Shown: positions 56,962 through 57,445 of the stretch, piece by piece
How positions within the stretch are numbered: position 1 is the stretch's first letter
How the letters are laid out: each line of letters begins with the position of its first letter
Program-made: the position numbers and the translations under genes
IMG/VR virus record: IMGVR_UViG_3300033182_001174
Location: 1-57,445 of that record
DNA length: 57,445 nucleotides
DNA from: a virus
Lineage: Duplodnaviria; Caudoviricetes
Direction: 5' to 3' (one strand)
The notes under the pieces: generated by a model
Told to the model about the DNA's origin: nothing
What the model saw: the letters and a program-made list of their open reading frames with translations, nothing else
The model's database searches: none

Positions 56962-57116
56962 ATCTATCACTGCAAGAAGTCGATCACCTTTTGAAAGCAT
57001 TGGATACAATGTCAGCACATGATGTTGCAAGAGCAAGGGAACAAATTGCACCAGGAGTTGTAGATCATCTGCGACTGGTACAAAAACTACAAGATTATCG
57101 TGTTCGTTTAACCTGA
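56958..57116 (+). CDS. Small hypothetical protein
   Basis: 52 aa MNLSLQEVDHLL..., coupled by ATGA and TGATG overlaps. Confidence 0.65.
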   Translation: MNLSLQEVDHLLKALDTMSAHDVARAREQIAPGVVDHLRLVQKLQDYRVRLT

Positions 57117-57445
57117 TGAGTATTCATGAAAGAATTGAGGAACTATCTCAGATTGGTCGTAATGAAGATGGTTCGATTTACAGAAAAGCAGGAACAAAAG
57201 AATATTATGATGCAATTAAAGTAGTCAGTGACTGGATGATTGCAGATGGGATGCACACCTATGTTGATGAACATAACAATCTCATTGGTACAATCCCTGG
57301 AACAGATCGTGATGCAAAACCAATCGTAGTTGGTTCACACATTGACACCGTACCTACTGGTGGTAAGTATGATGGTGTCTTAGGTGTGTTAGGTGGCATG
57401 GAGGCAGCAAAAAGATTGAAAGGAACTACTAAACATCCTATTCAG
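57116..57445 (+). CDS. M20-family Zn amidohydrolase (allantoate amidohydrolase/N-carbamoyl-amino-acid hydrolase-like), 3' truncated
   Basis: Manual translation gives NLIGTIPG...IVVGSHIDTVPTGGKYDGVLGVLGGME; runs off the window. Confidence 0.88.
   Translation, partial: MSIHERIEELSQIGRNEDGSIYRKAGTKEYYDAIKVVSDWMIADGMHTYVDEHNNLIGTIPGTDRDAKPIVVGSHIDTVPTGGKYDGVLGVLGGMEAAKRLKGTTKHPIQ

Overview
A 57.4-kb segment of a marine T4-like cyanomyovirus genome (Synechococcus/Prochlorococcus phage type). In order, it carries: (1) auxiliary metabolic and conserved core genes (petE, talC, glutaredoxin); (2) a nitrogen-responsive island at 3.6-4.4 kb; (3) an HNH endonuclease, thyX, phoH, an exonuclease, gp33, gp59 and gp32; (4) the baseplate/tail module (gp53, gp48, gp2, gp4, tail-tube-like protein, gp26/gp51, two tape-measure/hub-like proteins, cp12, split gp5, a large PA14-like protein); (5) tRNA-Leu(UAA) and tRNA-Thr(UGU); (6) a long tail-fibre/glycine-rich region interleaved with four 2OG-Fe(II) oxygenases and four GIY-YIG-like endonucleases; (7) a truncated M20 amidohydrolase at the right end. 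The most notable unannotated structure is an NtcA box plus sigma70 promoter driving two interlocked glutamine-II (Downstream-peptide) riboswitch aptamers. Each aptamer's P2 loop contains an entire protein-coding ORF, and a DUF4278-type peptide follows. Other notable features are late-promoter small-RNA cassettes antisense to endonuclease leaders, a candidate ~50-nt sRNA complementary to host Yfr1, a candidate -1 frameshift fusing gp26 to gp51, and a twice-repeated hairpin element. All calls come from reading the sequence; no database searches were run.
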